From Nitrospira sp. (GTDB lineage Bacteria > UBA10199 > SBBF01), in assembly GCA_005240075.1 (NCBI GenBank), contig SBBF01000080.1:1-29838 (forward strand): a DNA stretch of 29,838 nt, written 5' to 3'. The position numbers and the translations under genes were made by a program. Shown here one piece after another: positions 6,859-14,365 of the stretch. The notes beneath the pieces are model-generated. The model ran no database searches and was not told the DNA's origin. It saw only the letters and a list, made by a program, of their open reading frames with translations. Position 1 is the stretch's first letter. Every line of letters starts with the position of its first letter.

Positions 6859-8421
6859 ATGCCTTATCAAATTTTTGCCAGAAAATACCGGCCGCAATTG
6901 TTTGACGAAGTGTTGGGACAAGAGGTTGTTGTTCAAACGCTCAAGAACACCATTGAACTCAAAAGGGTTCATCAGGCTTACCTTTTCTGCGGCGCACGAG
7001 GGGTTGGCAAAACATCTCTCGCCCGGATTCTGGCCAAATGCTTAAACTGCGAAAAAGGGGCGACCGTTAACGCTTGCCAGACCTGCCCCTCCTGCAGAGG
7101 AATCACCGACGGCTCTTCGCTGGATGTTTTAGAGATTGACGGCGCTTCCAATACCGGTGTCGATGATGTGCGGGAATTGAGGGAGCAGGTCAAATATCTT
7201 CCCGCAACCGGACAGTATAAAATTTACATCATTGACGAAGTGCACATGCTTTCCACCAGCGCTTTTAACGCGCTTCTTAAAACGCTGGAAGAACCCCCTC
7301 CCCATATTCTTTTTATTTTTGCCACCACCGAACCGCACAAAATTCCGATCACCATTCTTTCCCGCTGCCAGCGATTTGATTTCCGCAGAATGTCTGTCAA
7401 CGAGCTGGTTTCCCATCTTCAAAAAATATTGGAACAGGAAAGATTAAAGTTGGAAACCGAAATTTTAAACCTGATTGCCCGATCGGCCGATGGATCGGTG
7501 AGGGATTCGCTCTCGCTCCTGGATCAGATTATCAGTTTCTGCGGTTCAAACCCTTCCCCGGAGCAGGCGAGGGAATTATTGGGGCTGGCCGATCAAAGTC
7601 TTCTTGCAGACATGATGGATGTTCTTCTCAACTCCGACACAAGCGGAGCACTCAAACTGGCCCAGAGAGCCTATGAGAAGGGATGTGATCTTAAAATATT
7701 CTCGGAAGGGGTGCTGGAATCGCTTCACTCTCTTCTTCTCTTCAGCGAAGGAGGAACACTGGATCTCACCGGCAGTGAAAGGGAGCAGTTTGAGAAATGG
7801 AAAACACAAACCGACACGGGGCGTCTGTTGATTCTTTTTCAGATTTTGGCCCGCGGCATTGAAGAGATGGCACGCAGTGAATTCCCCCGGCTTGTTTTTG
7901 ACACGACTCTCATCAAAATGATCCGATCCAAAGAATATTTGTTGATCCCGGAAATTCTGGAAAAGCTAAATGGGGCGGAAAAGGCCCCGAATCAAGAGAA
8001 TTCAAAAAAAAATGTACCCCCCACCAAACAGGAGAACAGTTTGTGGGGAGAATTTGTGAGAAAAGTGTGTGAATCAAAACCGCAGGTCGGCTCCATTTTG
8101 GAGCATGCCGTGCCGATTCAGATGGCCGAGGGGATGATCAAAGTCGGGTTTGAGCCCAAATCACTTTATGCCGATATGCTCAAAGATCGGATCGAATCAT
8201 TAAAACAAGTAGCCAAAGAATACTTTAAAAAAGAAATTCGTTTTGAGATCGAATCAGTATCGGTGCGTGATAGCCAGGGGGTCACAGCCCTGGAAATGAG
8301 GCAGAGAGAAGAAACCAAAAAAACGGAAGAGACTCGTGCAAGGGCAATGGCCCACCCCATGATTCAAAAAGCCCAGGAAATTTTGGGAGCTGTTGTAAAA
8401 GAAGTAAAAGAAATTAAGTAA
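6859..8421 (+). CDS. dnaX: DNA polymerase III subunit gamma/tau
   Basis: AAA+ clamp-loader motifs GARGVGKTS, the Zn module CxxC...CxxC, DEVHML and SRC. 520 aa. Confidence 0.95.
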   Translation: MPYQIFARKYRPQLFDEVLGQEVVVQTLKNTIELKRVHQAYLFCGARGVGKTSLARILAKCLNCEKGATVNACQTCPSCRGITDGSSLDVLEIDGASNTGVDDVRELREQVKYLPATGQYKIYIIDEVHMLSTSAFNALLKTLEEPPPHILFIFATTEPHKIPITILSRCQRFDFRRMSVNELVSHLQKILEQERLKLETEILNLIARSADGSVRDSLSLLDQIISFCGSNPSPEQARELLGLADQSLLADMMDVLLNSDTSGALKLAQRAYEKGCDLKIFSEGVLESLHSLLLFSEGGTLDLTGSEREQFEKWKTQTDTGRLLILFQILARGIEEMARSEFPRLVFDTTLIKMIRSKEYLLIPEILEKLNGAEKAPNQENSKKNVPPTKQENSLWGEFVRKVCESKPQVGSILEHAVPIQMAEGMIKVGFEPKSLYADMLKDRIESLKQVAKEYFKKEIRFEIESVSVRDSQGVTALEMRQREETKKTEETRARAMAHPMIQKAQEILGAVVKEVKEIK

Positions 8422-8423
8422 AG

Positions 8424-8451
8424 CCTTGCATCTGGCTTTGCCAGTGCAAGG
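8424..8451 (+). terminator. Nested hairpin just after the dnaX stop: CCTTGCA-[CTGGCTTTGCCAG]-TGCAAGG, with no U-tract
   Basis: A perfect 7-bp outer stem encloses the family 13-mer in inverse form (CTGGC-TTT-GCCAG, 8432-8444). It is followed by a CAGGGC...GCCCTG hairpin at about 8484-8512. Confidence 0.5.
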
Positions 8452-8537
8452 CGCGGGGGCATGGGGGGTATCAGCAGGGCAAATTGAAATCAAATGAGCC
8501 CTGCGGGCCCCCCATTGTAAATAACCAAGGAGATCAA

Positions 8538-8849
8538 ATGAAGATGAATGATATCATGAAGCAGGCCCAGCAATTGCAAAAAAAATTCCAAAAACAGCAG
8601 GAAGAGCTGGCTTCCAAAGAATTTGAGGCCTCTTCCGGCGGAGGGATGGTGACTGTAAAAGTCAACGGGCGAGGCGAAGTGTTGTCGGTGGTCATGGATC
8701 CCGAAGTGGTCAACAAGGACGACCTGGAAATGCTGCAGGACCTGGTGGTGGCCGCCATCAACGAAGCGCTCAAAAGAATGCAGGAGGCCCAGCAGGATGA
8801 AATGGCCGACATGATGGGGGGGTTGGGGCTTAAACTTCCTGGAATTTAA
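8538..8849 (+). CDS. ybaB: Nucleoid-associated protein YbaB/EbfC
   Basis: MKMNDIMKQAQQLQKKFQKQQEEL...GGGMVTVKVNGRGEV is a typical YbaB sequence. AGGAG lies 7 nt upstream of the ATG at 8538. The track ORF extends upstream to 8484. Confidence 0.85.
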   Translation: MKMNDIMKQAQQLQKKFQKQQEELASKEFEASSGGGMVTVKVNGRGEVLSVVMDPEVVNKDDLEMLQDLVVAAINEALKRMQEAQQDEMADMMGGLGLKLPGI

Positions 8850-8920
8850 AATTCAAAGTTCAAAATTAAAAATTAAGGTACCATAGTTTTAAATTTTTCA
8901 TTTTAAATTTTAAGTTTTTT

Positions 8921-9508
8921 ATGACCCCTTTTGATCGGCTTACCCACGAATTATCGAAACTTCCCGGCATTGGTCAAAAATCAGCCCTCCGGTTGGCTCT
9001 CTTTATTTTGAGGCAGGGACCGGAGTATTCTCAAGCATTGTCCGATTCCCTGCTTGAATTAATCGCTAAAGTCACCTTTTGTTCGCACTGTTTTCATTTT
9101 ACGGATCGGGATCCTTGCGCTACCTGTTCTGATCCCACGCGCGATTCGCGCATGATTTGTGTGGTGGAAGATTCGGCTGATCTGATGGCTTTGGAAAGAA
9201 CCCATATTTACCGCGGCCGGTACCATGTGCTTCAGGGGGCTTTGTCTCCGTTGGACGGAATGGGGCCCGATCAGATCCGTTGCCATGAATTGATCGAACG
9301 AATCAAAAAAGAGGAGATTCGGGAAATTATATTGGCCACCAACCCCAATGTAACGGGAGATGCCACCGCCCTCTACCTTTCCAAATTACTCAAACCCATC
9401 GTACCGAAAATCACCCGCCTCTCCAGCGGCATTCCGGTTGGAGGACAAATTAATTACATCGACCCGATGACCTTATCCAAAGCGCTGGAAACCAGACGCG
9501 AATATTGA
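8921..9508 (+). CDS. recR: Recombination protein RecR
   Basis: Helix-hairpin-helix N-terminus (LPGIGQKSALRLA), a C4 zinc finger (CSHCFHFTDRDPCATC) and a Toprim domain. It sits in the canonical dnaX-ybaB-recR order. Confidence 0.9.
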   Translation: MTPFDRLTHELSKLPGIGQKSALRLALFILRQGPEYSQALSDSLLELIAKVTFCSHCFHFTDRDPCATCSDPTRDSRMICVVEDSADLMALERTHIYRGRYHVLQGALSPLDGMGPDQIRCHELIERIKKEEIREIILATNPNVTGDATALYLSKLLKPIVPKITRLSSGIPVGGQINYIDPMTLSKALETRREY

Positions 9509-9575
9509 ATAAAAAGGCCGAACAAAAATCTTGCCAACCTGTTGCCATTATATTACACTTGTAATAATTTGTATT

Positions 9576-10076
9576 ATGGACGTGATATTTGATGCATCAT
9601 CTCTTATTCTTTTGGCTAAGATCAGTCTATTGCGGCTCGTACTTGAAAATAACAGGAGTTTTATGACGGGGGCGGTGCAGAAGGAAATCGGCAAAAAAGA
9701 TTCTGACGACTCAAGATTAATGAGAGAAATGACAAGGGAGGGGCTTATTGAATTGTGCGATGAGCCGTCGGCAGGAGTCATCGATAAATTCATGAAGGAC
9801 TTTCGATTGGGAAAGGGGGAGGCGTCCACTCTCATAGCAGCGCAAAAAATGAAATCGCTGATTGCAACCGATGATGGTTTGGCCATTAAGACCGCTAAAC
9901 TGTTCAACATCCCTTTTTTAACAGCAATTCATTTTCTGGTCCGGCTGAGAACGCAAAAAGCGATCGACATGGAAGAGTCGGTAATGAAGCTTAAGCTTTT
10001 AGCACACTATGGAAGGTATCAGGCTTTTATTATTCACGATGCCGAAAAGCGTCTGAAAGGGGAGGGAGGAAACTGA
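9576..10076 (+). CDS. PIN-like nuclease of the DUF3368 family (putative toxin)
   Basis: MDVIFDASSLILLAKISLL...GKGEASTLIAAQKMKSLIATDDGLAIKTAKLFNIPFLTAIHFL matches the DUF3368 pattern (v.sDTtpLi.L..i..ldLL ... gEaeaialA.e...d.lllDDr.aR..A...gl.v.gT). The track ORF starts at 9531. The Met at 9576 is the likely start. Confidence 0.65.
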   Translation: MDVIFDASSLILLAKISLLRLVLENNRSFMTGAVQKEIGKKDSDDSRLMREMTREGLIELCDEPSAGVIDKFMKDFRLGKGEASTLIAAQKMKSLIATDDGLAIKTAKLFNIPFLTAIHFLVRLRTQKAIDMEESVMKLKLLAHYGRYQAFIIHDAEKRLKGEGGN

Positions 10077-10079
10077 ATC

Positions 10080-10364
10080 ATGAAAACAATGAGCATCCGG
10101 GTTAGTGATTCGGAATTAAAGCAAATCAGCAAATTGGCCAAAACAACCGGTTTGGACAAATCGGCCGCCGCTCGCGAGCTTTTAAGGGACGGCTGGTTTT
10201 TTTATTGGATACGCCAATACCGGGAAAAGAAGGTTTCACTGGAAAATTTGTCCTCCAATCTCAATCTTTCGCTTTCCGAGACGATTGATCTGCTCTCCGA
10301 GTTGGGTATTGAGGCCCCTATCAGCTACGATGATTATGTTTCCGGTTTTAAATTTTTTGGGTAG
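10080..10364 (+). CDS. Putative antitoxin: RHH-like N-terminus fused to a UPF0175-like C-terminus
   Basis: The N-terminus MSIRVSDSELKQISKLAKTTGLDKSAAARELL is ribbon-helix-helix-like. The C-terminus YREKKVSLENLSSNLNLSLSETIDLLSELGIEAPISYDD matches UPF0175 (yreGkiSlgkaAelagms..ef.dlL.erGIp..yd.ed). It starts 3 nt after the PIN gene. Confidence 0.55.
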   Translation: MKTMSIRVSDSELKQISKLAKTTGLDKSAAARELLRDGWFFYWIRQYREKKVSLENLSSNLNLSLSETIDLLSELGIEAPISYDDYVSGFKFFG

Positions 10365-10412
10365 TAGAAAAAGGATTGGGTATCGCAATACCCTCGGGCT
10401 TGAGTTGAAATA

Positions 10413-11231
10413 TTAAAGGATAAACTGCCGGAAAACTTGTTCATAATTGAGAATCCACTGCTGTTCGGAGGGGTCTTCCAAAAAACGCCCCACATCCTTA
10501 AGGATGTCGGAGGCTCCTGCTTTTTTGACTTGTTGCTCAACAGCTTTCATGACTTGAGGCACATCCTTAAATTTTTTCCCCTTTGTGCCCCGGTTTAAAT
10601 AACTCAAGTTCAGTTCCGTTTTCCGGCTTAAATACCAGATGAGGTCATAATAGTCTCGACCGCGAGAATACGGTCGATGAAGCAGTGCCAAAATTTTTCC
10701 CGCGAACAGGGTGGGGAGGTTGTGTTTTAAGATCGGAAAAATCTCCTGAAAACGGTTGACGAAAAAACTTTCCCGCTCTCCTTTTTTGAGCGGAAGGGGA
10801 TTTACGTCCACTTCCAGTTTTACATGGAGTTTTTGATCCTCCTGGAAGCCCCTGAGGTCAAAGGCCCGTCCAAGGCCGGCAAAACGCAAGAAACCTTTTT
10901 GGACGATTTTGTTTTCCTGAAACGAGGAATCAATGTCAAAACCTCGCAGCTTAAGTTCGCGAGCCAACACATCCATCAGGTTGGCGAACCGGTAAGACTC
11001 TTTTTTGCCGTCCCGGCAGAAATCAAGGTCTTCGGAATAACGCTTGATGCCATGGCAGATGCGCAGGGCCGTTCCCCCCATAAACGACAGGCTCCCCCCA
11101 AAGGGGGACTGAAATACCATCTTGAGCACCAGCGTCTGGAGGTACTCGCGAAGGACATTGAGGACATCCTGATCCGTTGTCGGCAGGTTTCGCCTTCGAA
11201 GTTCTTCAATTATTTTTCTGGCTCTTTCCAT
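10413..11231 (-). CDS. abiEii: AbiEii/AbiGii-family nucleotidyltransferase toxin (type IV TA / abortive infection)
   Basis: Hallmark motif GGTALRICHGIKRYSEDLDF (PF08843-like GGTAL...R.SeDlDf) plus a DUF1814-like C-terminus. It overlaps the upstream abiEi by 26 nt. Confidence 0.75.
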   Translation of the reverse strand: MERARKIIEELRRRNLPTTDQDVLNVLREYLQTLVLKMVFQSPFGGSLSFMGGTALRICHGIKRYSEDLDFCRDGKKESYRFANLMDVLARELKLRGFDIDSSFQENKIVQKGFLRFAGLGRAFDLRGFQEDQKLHVKLEVDVNPLPLKKGERESFFVNRFQEIFPILKHNLPTLFAGKILALLHRPYSRGRDYYDLIWYLSRKTELNLSYLNRGTKGKKFKDVPQVMKAVEQQVKKAGASDILKDVGRFLEDPSEQQWILNYEQVFRQFIL

Positions 11232-11820
11232 AATTTGTTCGGTAATCCAAAAAGGAAGTTAAAAGTCGCCCCACCTTTTCAGGGTATTGCCGGGCATAGA
11301 CTTTAAGTTTCTTCACGTCAAGATCCCCGACATTTTGAAAGCGTTCTTCTCTCCAAAAAAGAGGAGTCGCTTTCAAGTGATGGCGATGGAAGTAGAAATA
11401 ATCCAGAAGAGCCTTCTCCTTTTCGGCCATGAGCGTTTGCGGGTCAAAGCCCCAAAAAAGTTTCTGATGAATCTTGTGATAAAAAAATTCCCCATAGGGG
11501 GTCTGGAACTTCCGGGTAAGTCGGGGGGTGACCAGAGTCATGGAAAAAGGGACATCGGGAATGAACCCATGGGCATGAAGGGCATATTCCAGACTGATAT
11601 AGGAGGGGCCGTACAAGATTTTTGCCACCTCCACTTTGTCCCTGATCCGATCCGGAAAACCATACACCCCTCTTTTGAAGCGGAGCAGCTCCCCCTGCCG
11701 ACACCAGTGGTGAAGCTGGACCTTCAACTGATTCGGGGAGGTTTCCCATCCCACCCGATGGGCCTCCTCCAAGGTAAAACAGGGTTTTTGCATTTTTTTG
11801 ACGAATTCATTAAGTTTCAT
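11206..11820 (-). CDS. abiEi: AbiEi-family antitoxin/transcriptional regulator (N-terminal wHTH)
   Basis: A 204-aa protein with QLHHWCRQGELLRFKRGVYGF, the AbiEi_4 signature l..G.l.ri.rGvY. It lies immediately upstream of, and overlapping, abiEii. Confidence 0.65.
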   Translation of the reverse strand: MKLNEFVKKMQKPCFTLEEAHRVGWETSPNQLKVQLHHWCRQGELLRFKRGVYGFPDRIRDKVEVAKILYGPSYISLEYALHAHGFIPDVPFSMTLVTPRLTRKFQTPYGEFFYHKIHQKLFWGFDPQTLMAEKEKALLDYFYFHRHHLKATPLFWREERFQNVGDLDVKKLKVYARQYPEKVGRLLTSFLDYRTNYGKSQKNN

Positions 11821-11829
11821 TTAATTATA

Positions 11830-11845
11830 TTAAATTATAATTTAA
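11830..11845. promoter_or_regulatory. Perfect 16-nt palindrome TTAAATTATAATTTAA in the abiEi upstream region, a candidate AbiEi autoregulatory operator
   Basis: The sequence is self-complementary and lies 10-25 nt upstream of the abiEi start. AbiEi antitoxins are known to bind inverted repeats in their own promoters. Confidence 0.45.
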
Positions 11846-11908
11846 TAAAATATATAACTCAACTTAAAATAGCGCCCAAGGCAGATCGAAGAAAGACGCG
11901 AATAGTGA

Positions 11909-11937
11909 TTGACAGGAATGAATGCGCTTTTTAGCAT
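11909..11937 (+). promoter_or_regulatory. Sigma70-like promoter for the mglA-like gene: TTGACA-N17-TAGCAT
   Basis: Consensus -35 TTGACA (11909-11914), a 17-nt spacer, -10 TAGCAT (11932-11937), with only 8 nt to the ATG at 11946, implying a leaderless or very short-leader mRNA. Confidence 0.45.
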
Positions 11938-11945
11938 ACTCATTA

Positions 11946-12530
11946 ATGTCAGTAATAAACTCAGCGAAGAAAGAAATCAATTTCAAGGTCATCTACTACG
12001 GCCCGGCGCAATCGGGCAAAACGACGTCGCTCAATCAGCTGAATTTACAAATCGAAGCAAAGAAAAAATCAAAAATAAAAAGAGTTCCCCAAACCGAATC
12101 GACCCTTTTCTTCGATTTTCTTCCGCTGGCCTCCTCCGATATCAACGGATACAAAACCCATTTTCAGGTCTACACAGTTCCGGGACAGGATTTATACGAA
12201 AACTCCCGAAGGATTCTTTTAAAAGGGGTGGATGGGATTATTTTTGTGGCCGACTCCCAGATCGACCGGATTGAAGACAATGTCAAAAGCTTGAAAGAAC
12301 TTGCGGCCCACCTGAAAAACATGGGTTATGCGCTTCAGGAAGTTCCGCTCGTCATTCAGTACAATAAACGGGACCTCGATTCGGCCGTCTCTCTCGACGA
12401 ATTGCGCCGGGTGGTCAACTCCCTCCATGTTCCCGACTTTGAAACAACCGCCATCAAGGGGGAGGGGGTTTTGCCCGCCTTTCAGTGTTGTTTGCGGGAA
12501 GTGGTCTCTTCACTTAAATCCCTGGCCTGA
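11946..12530 (+). CDS. mglA: MglA-like Ras-family small GTPase
   Basis: MSVINSAKKEINFKVIYYGPAQSGKTTSL / TLFFDFLPL / YTVPGQ / LKGVDGIIFVADSQ / VIQYNKRDL. The match to Myxococcus MglA is almost motif-for-motif ([29 protein letters not shown]...). The track ORF starts at 11922. No mglB-like gene is adjacent. Confidence 0.8.
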   Translation: MSVINSAKKEINFKVIYYGPAQSGKTTSLNQLNLQIEAKKKSKIKRVPQTESTLFFDFLPLASSDINGYKTHFQVYTVPGQDLYENSRRILLKGVDGIIFVADSQIDRIEDNVKSLKELAAHLKNMGYALQEVPLVIQYNKRDLDSAVSLDELRRVVNSLHVPDFETTAIKGEGVLPAFQCCLREVVSSLKSLA

Positions 12531-12537
12531 TACGGCT

Positions 12538-13182
12538 TTATTTCGGTATTTTTTCCCAGTCTTTGATGAATTTTTCAATTCCGATATCAGTCAACGGGTG
12601 TTGAGCCAGTTGTTTGATGACGCTGTACGGAATCGTCGCCACATCAGCGCCAATCAACGCCGCATCCCGCACATGAATCGGATGCCGGATCGAAGCAACC
12701 AGAATCTGCGTCTTAAAATCATAGTTGTCGTAAATTGTTCGGATATCCTGAATCAGATCCATCCCCACTTCTGAAATGTCATCCAACCTCCCCACAAACG
12801 GGCTCACATAAGTCGCCCCCGCTTTGGCGGCCAGGAGCGCCTGATTGGCGGAAAAAGTAACCGTGACATTGGTTTTGATCCCTTCAGATGCCAGTTTTTT
12901 TACCCCTTTCATTCCGGTTAAGGTCATCGGAATTTTGATCACAATATTTTTGTGAATCTTGGCGAAATGATACGCCTCCTTCAACATTCCTTCCAGATCA
13001 AGACTGATCGTCTCCGCGCTGATCGGTCCCTCAACAAGCCCCGCAATGTCTTTCAAGATGTCATCGTATTTCCGTCCGGCTTTGGCCGCCAGCGAGGGAT
13101 TGGTGGTCACCCCGTCAATCAACCCCATTTCCCAGCAGTCTTGGATTTCCTTGATGTCAGCCGAATCGATAAAAAATTTCAT
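12538..13182 (-). CDS. tal: Transaldolase of the short Fsa/TalC type
   Basis: [13 protein letters not shown]...GVTTNPSL...KIP.T..G...[23 protein letters not shown], about 215 aa. GGAGG lies 8 nt upstream of the ATG at 13182. Confidence 0.85.
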   Translation of the reverse strand: MKFFIDSADIKEIQDCWEMGLIDGVTTNPSLAAKAGRKYDDILKDIAGLVEGPISAETISLDLEGMLKEAYHFAKIHKNIVIKIPMTLTGMKGVKKLASEGIKTNVTVTFSANQALLAAKAGATYVSPFVGRLDDISEVGMDLIQDIRTIYDNYDFKTQILVASIRHPIHVRDAALIGADVATIPYSVIKQLAQHPLTDIGIEKFIKDWEKIPK

Positions 13183-13412
13183 TTTTTTGCCTCCTGGTAG
13201 CATTTCTCACTGCAATAATAATTCCCCCACGCCTGATACGCCGTATTGACGCTATTATATGTTTGACAAGTGGGACAGCAAACCAATTTTTCAGCCTCCC
13301 CTTCCGGCGTCACTCTTTTTTTATTTTGAGCAACAAATTGTTTTTGACGGAAGAAAAGAAGAAGGATCCGAAAAAGAAAAAAGAGAAATAAAAATAAGAG
13401 AAGGGTGCGCAT
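13179..13412 (-). CDS. Small membrane-anchored protein with a C-terminal YHS/TRASH-like zinc ribbon
   Basis: [21 protein letters not shown] is a TM helix. CCPTCQTY...[12 protein letters not shown] resembles the YHS domain (C..C...YYFCSeeC). It overlaps tal by 4 nt and abuts the folK stop. Confidence 0.5.
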   Translation of the reverse strand: MRTLLLFLFLFFLFRILLLFFRQKQFVAQNKKRVTPEGEAEKLVCCPTCQTYNSVNTAYQAWGNYYCSEKCYQEAKK

Positions 13413-13413
13413 G

Positions 13414-13887
13414 TCAGACTCTCTGAAGCAGGGAGGATACCGATTCTCCCGTTTGAGGATTGACCCAGTCCGGCGCAATTTCGCGAAGCGGCTCCAAAAC
13501 AAAACGGCGCCTCCCGATTTCGGGATGGGGCAAAATCAAATCATCGGTTTTCAAAATCACTGAGCCGTAAAAAAGAAGATCCAGATCAATCACCCGGGAT
13601 TCCCATTTGACGCGACGGACCCTCCCCATTTTTTGTTCAATGCCCAGCAGTTCCCGGAGCAAAACCTCCGGTTCAAGCGCTGTTTCCACAAGACAAACGG
13701 CATTCACATACCAGTCAACAGATTGAAAGTTTTCTTCATGAGGAGGAAGAAGGGGTTCGTTATGATAAAAAGAGGAACAGGCTATCAGCCGGCTTTCTGG
13801 GAGATTTGTCAGAGCTTTCAACGCCTTTTGACACTGGAGAAAAGGATGATCCAGGTTGCTTCCTATGGCAATACCTGCTTGCATCAT
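13414..13887 (-). CDS. folK: 2-amino-4-hydroxy-6-hydroxymethyldihydropteridine pyrophosphokinase (HPPK)
   Basis: IAIGSNL...YHNEP...W.SR.IDLDLL......DL.LPHPE...R.FVL.PL.EI.P. The start codon directly abuts repeat copy E. Confidence 0.85.
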   Translation of the reverse strand: MMQAGIAIGSNLDHPFLQCQKALKALTNLPESRLIACSSFYHNEPLLPPHEENFQSVDWYVNAVCLVETALEPEVLLRELLGIEQKMGRVRRVKWESRVIDLDLLFYGSVILKTDDLILPHPEIGRRRFVLEPLREIAPDWVNPQTGESVSSLLQRV

Positions 13888-13967
13888 ATACCTTCCCGCT
13901 CGGGCTTTGCCCTCGCGATGAAGGGGGCCCTCGAGTTCAGGAGTGGCAAAGCCACATCCTTCATCAT
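13887..13967 (+). repeat. Composite hairpin element, copy E, abutting the folK start codon
   Basis: ATATACCTTCCCGCTCGGGCTTTGCCCTCGCGATGAAGGGGGCCCTCGAGTTCAGGAGTGGCAAAGCCACATCCTTCATC. Inner hairpin GGGC-TTT-GCCC. Module-2 hairpin GTGGC-AAA-GCCAC, a compensatory variant. Confidence 0.8.
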
Positions 13968-14150
13968 CTGGCGCTCGAGCATTCCGGCTTCGTTTATCTT
14001 TTTTGGAATGGGAAGATCAAGAGATTTTTAAAAAACCTGAACATCCCACAAACCGAAGTGATTGCAAAATAAGGGATTTGACGGTAAGAAAACTTGTCTG
14101 AAAGCAGAGTCAAACACGAACCCCCTCGACCGAAGAATCAGGCTTTGCAT

Positions 14151-14234
14151 TGATATACCTTCCCGTCAGCTTTTGGCTGACGATGAAGGGGGCCTCCGAG
14201 ATCAGAACTGGGAGACCCAGATTCTTCTTCCGGG
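14151..14234 (+). repeat. Composite hairpin element, copy F
   Basis: TGATATACCTTCCCGTCAGCTTTTGGCTGACGATGAAGGGGGCCTCCGAGATCAGAACTGGGAGACCCAGATTCTTCTTCC. Inner hairpin CGTCAGC-TTTT-GGCTGACG. Module-2 hairpin CTGGG-AGA-CCCAG, a compensatory variant. Confidence 0.8.
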
Positions 14235-14254
14235 GGCAGTCGAGTATAATGGAT

Positions 14255-14365
14255 GTGAGTGAGGATCTGGCTTTGCCAGTTATGAGTGAGGATCGAATTT
14301 ACTTCGTCCGAGCGAATACCAAGGGGGTTTATCCAGCACTCAAAAGCTTTTGAGTGCTGGATGAA
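14255..14365 (-). repeat. Inverted copy (A') of the composite element seen at 98-180: CTGGCTTTGCCAG hairpin (14267-14279) plus the perfect 32-nt palindrome ATCCAGCACTCAAAAGCTTTTGAGTGCTGGAT (14331-14362)
   Basis: The reverse complement aligns with 98-180 (CATCCAGCACT.AAAAGCTTTTGAGTGCTGGATAAACCCCC...CTGGCAAAGCCAGATCCTCACTCA) with one internal indel. It is followed by GATGAAGGGGGC and a GGGGGC...GCCCCC hairpin before the tRNA. Confidence 0.8.

Noticed and set aside
8850-8920. AT-rich imperfect inverted repeat between ybaB and recR (AAAATTAAAAATT...AATTTTTCATTTT) as a terminator or attenuator
   Set aside because: Pairing is weak (AT-only, 11/13 matches) with no GC clamp. It is probably just an AT-rich spacer, and recR is likely co-transcribed.
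11287-11934. A 215-aa plus-strand ORF antisense to abiEi. The same applies to 21195-21737 antisense to hemE, 22282-22815 antisense to the AAA ATPase, 2595-2990 and 3144-3509 antisense to cysA, and 5644-6379 antisense to the lipoprotein gene.
   Set aside because: All lie opposite strongly supported genes and lack family signal and RBS. They are typical antisense artefacts in GC-balanced DNA.
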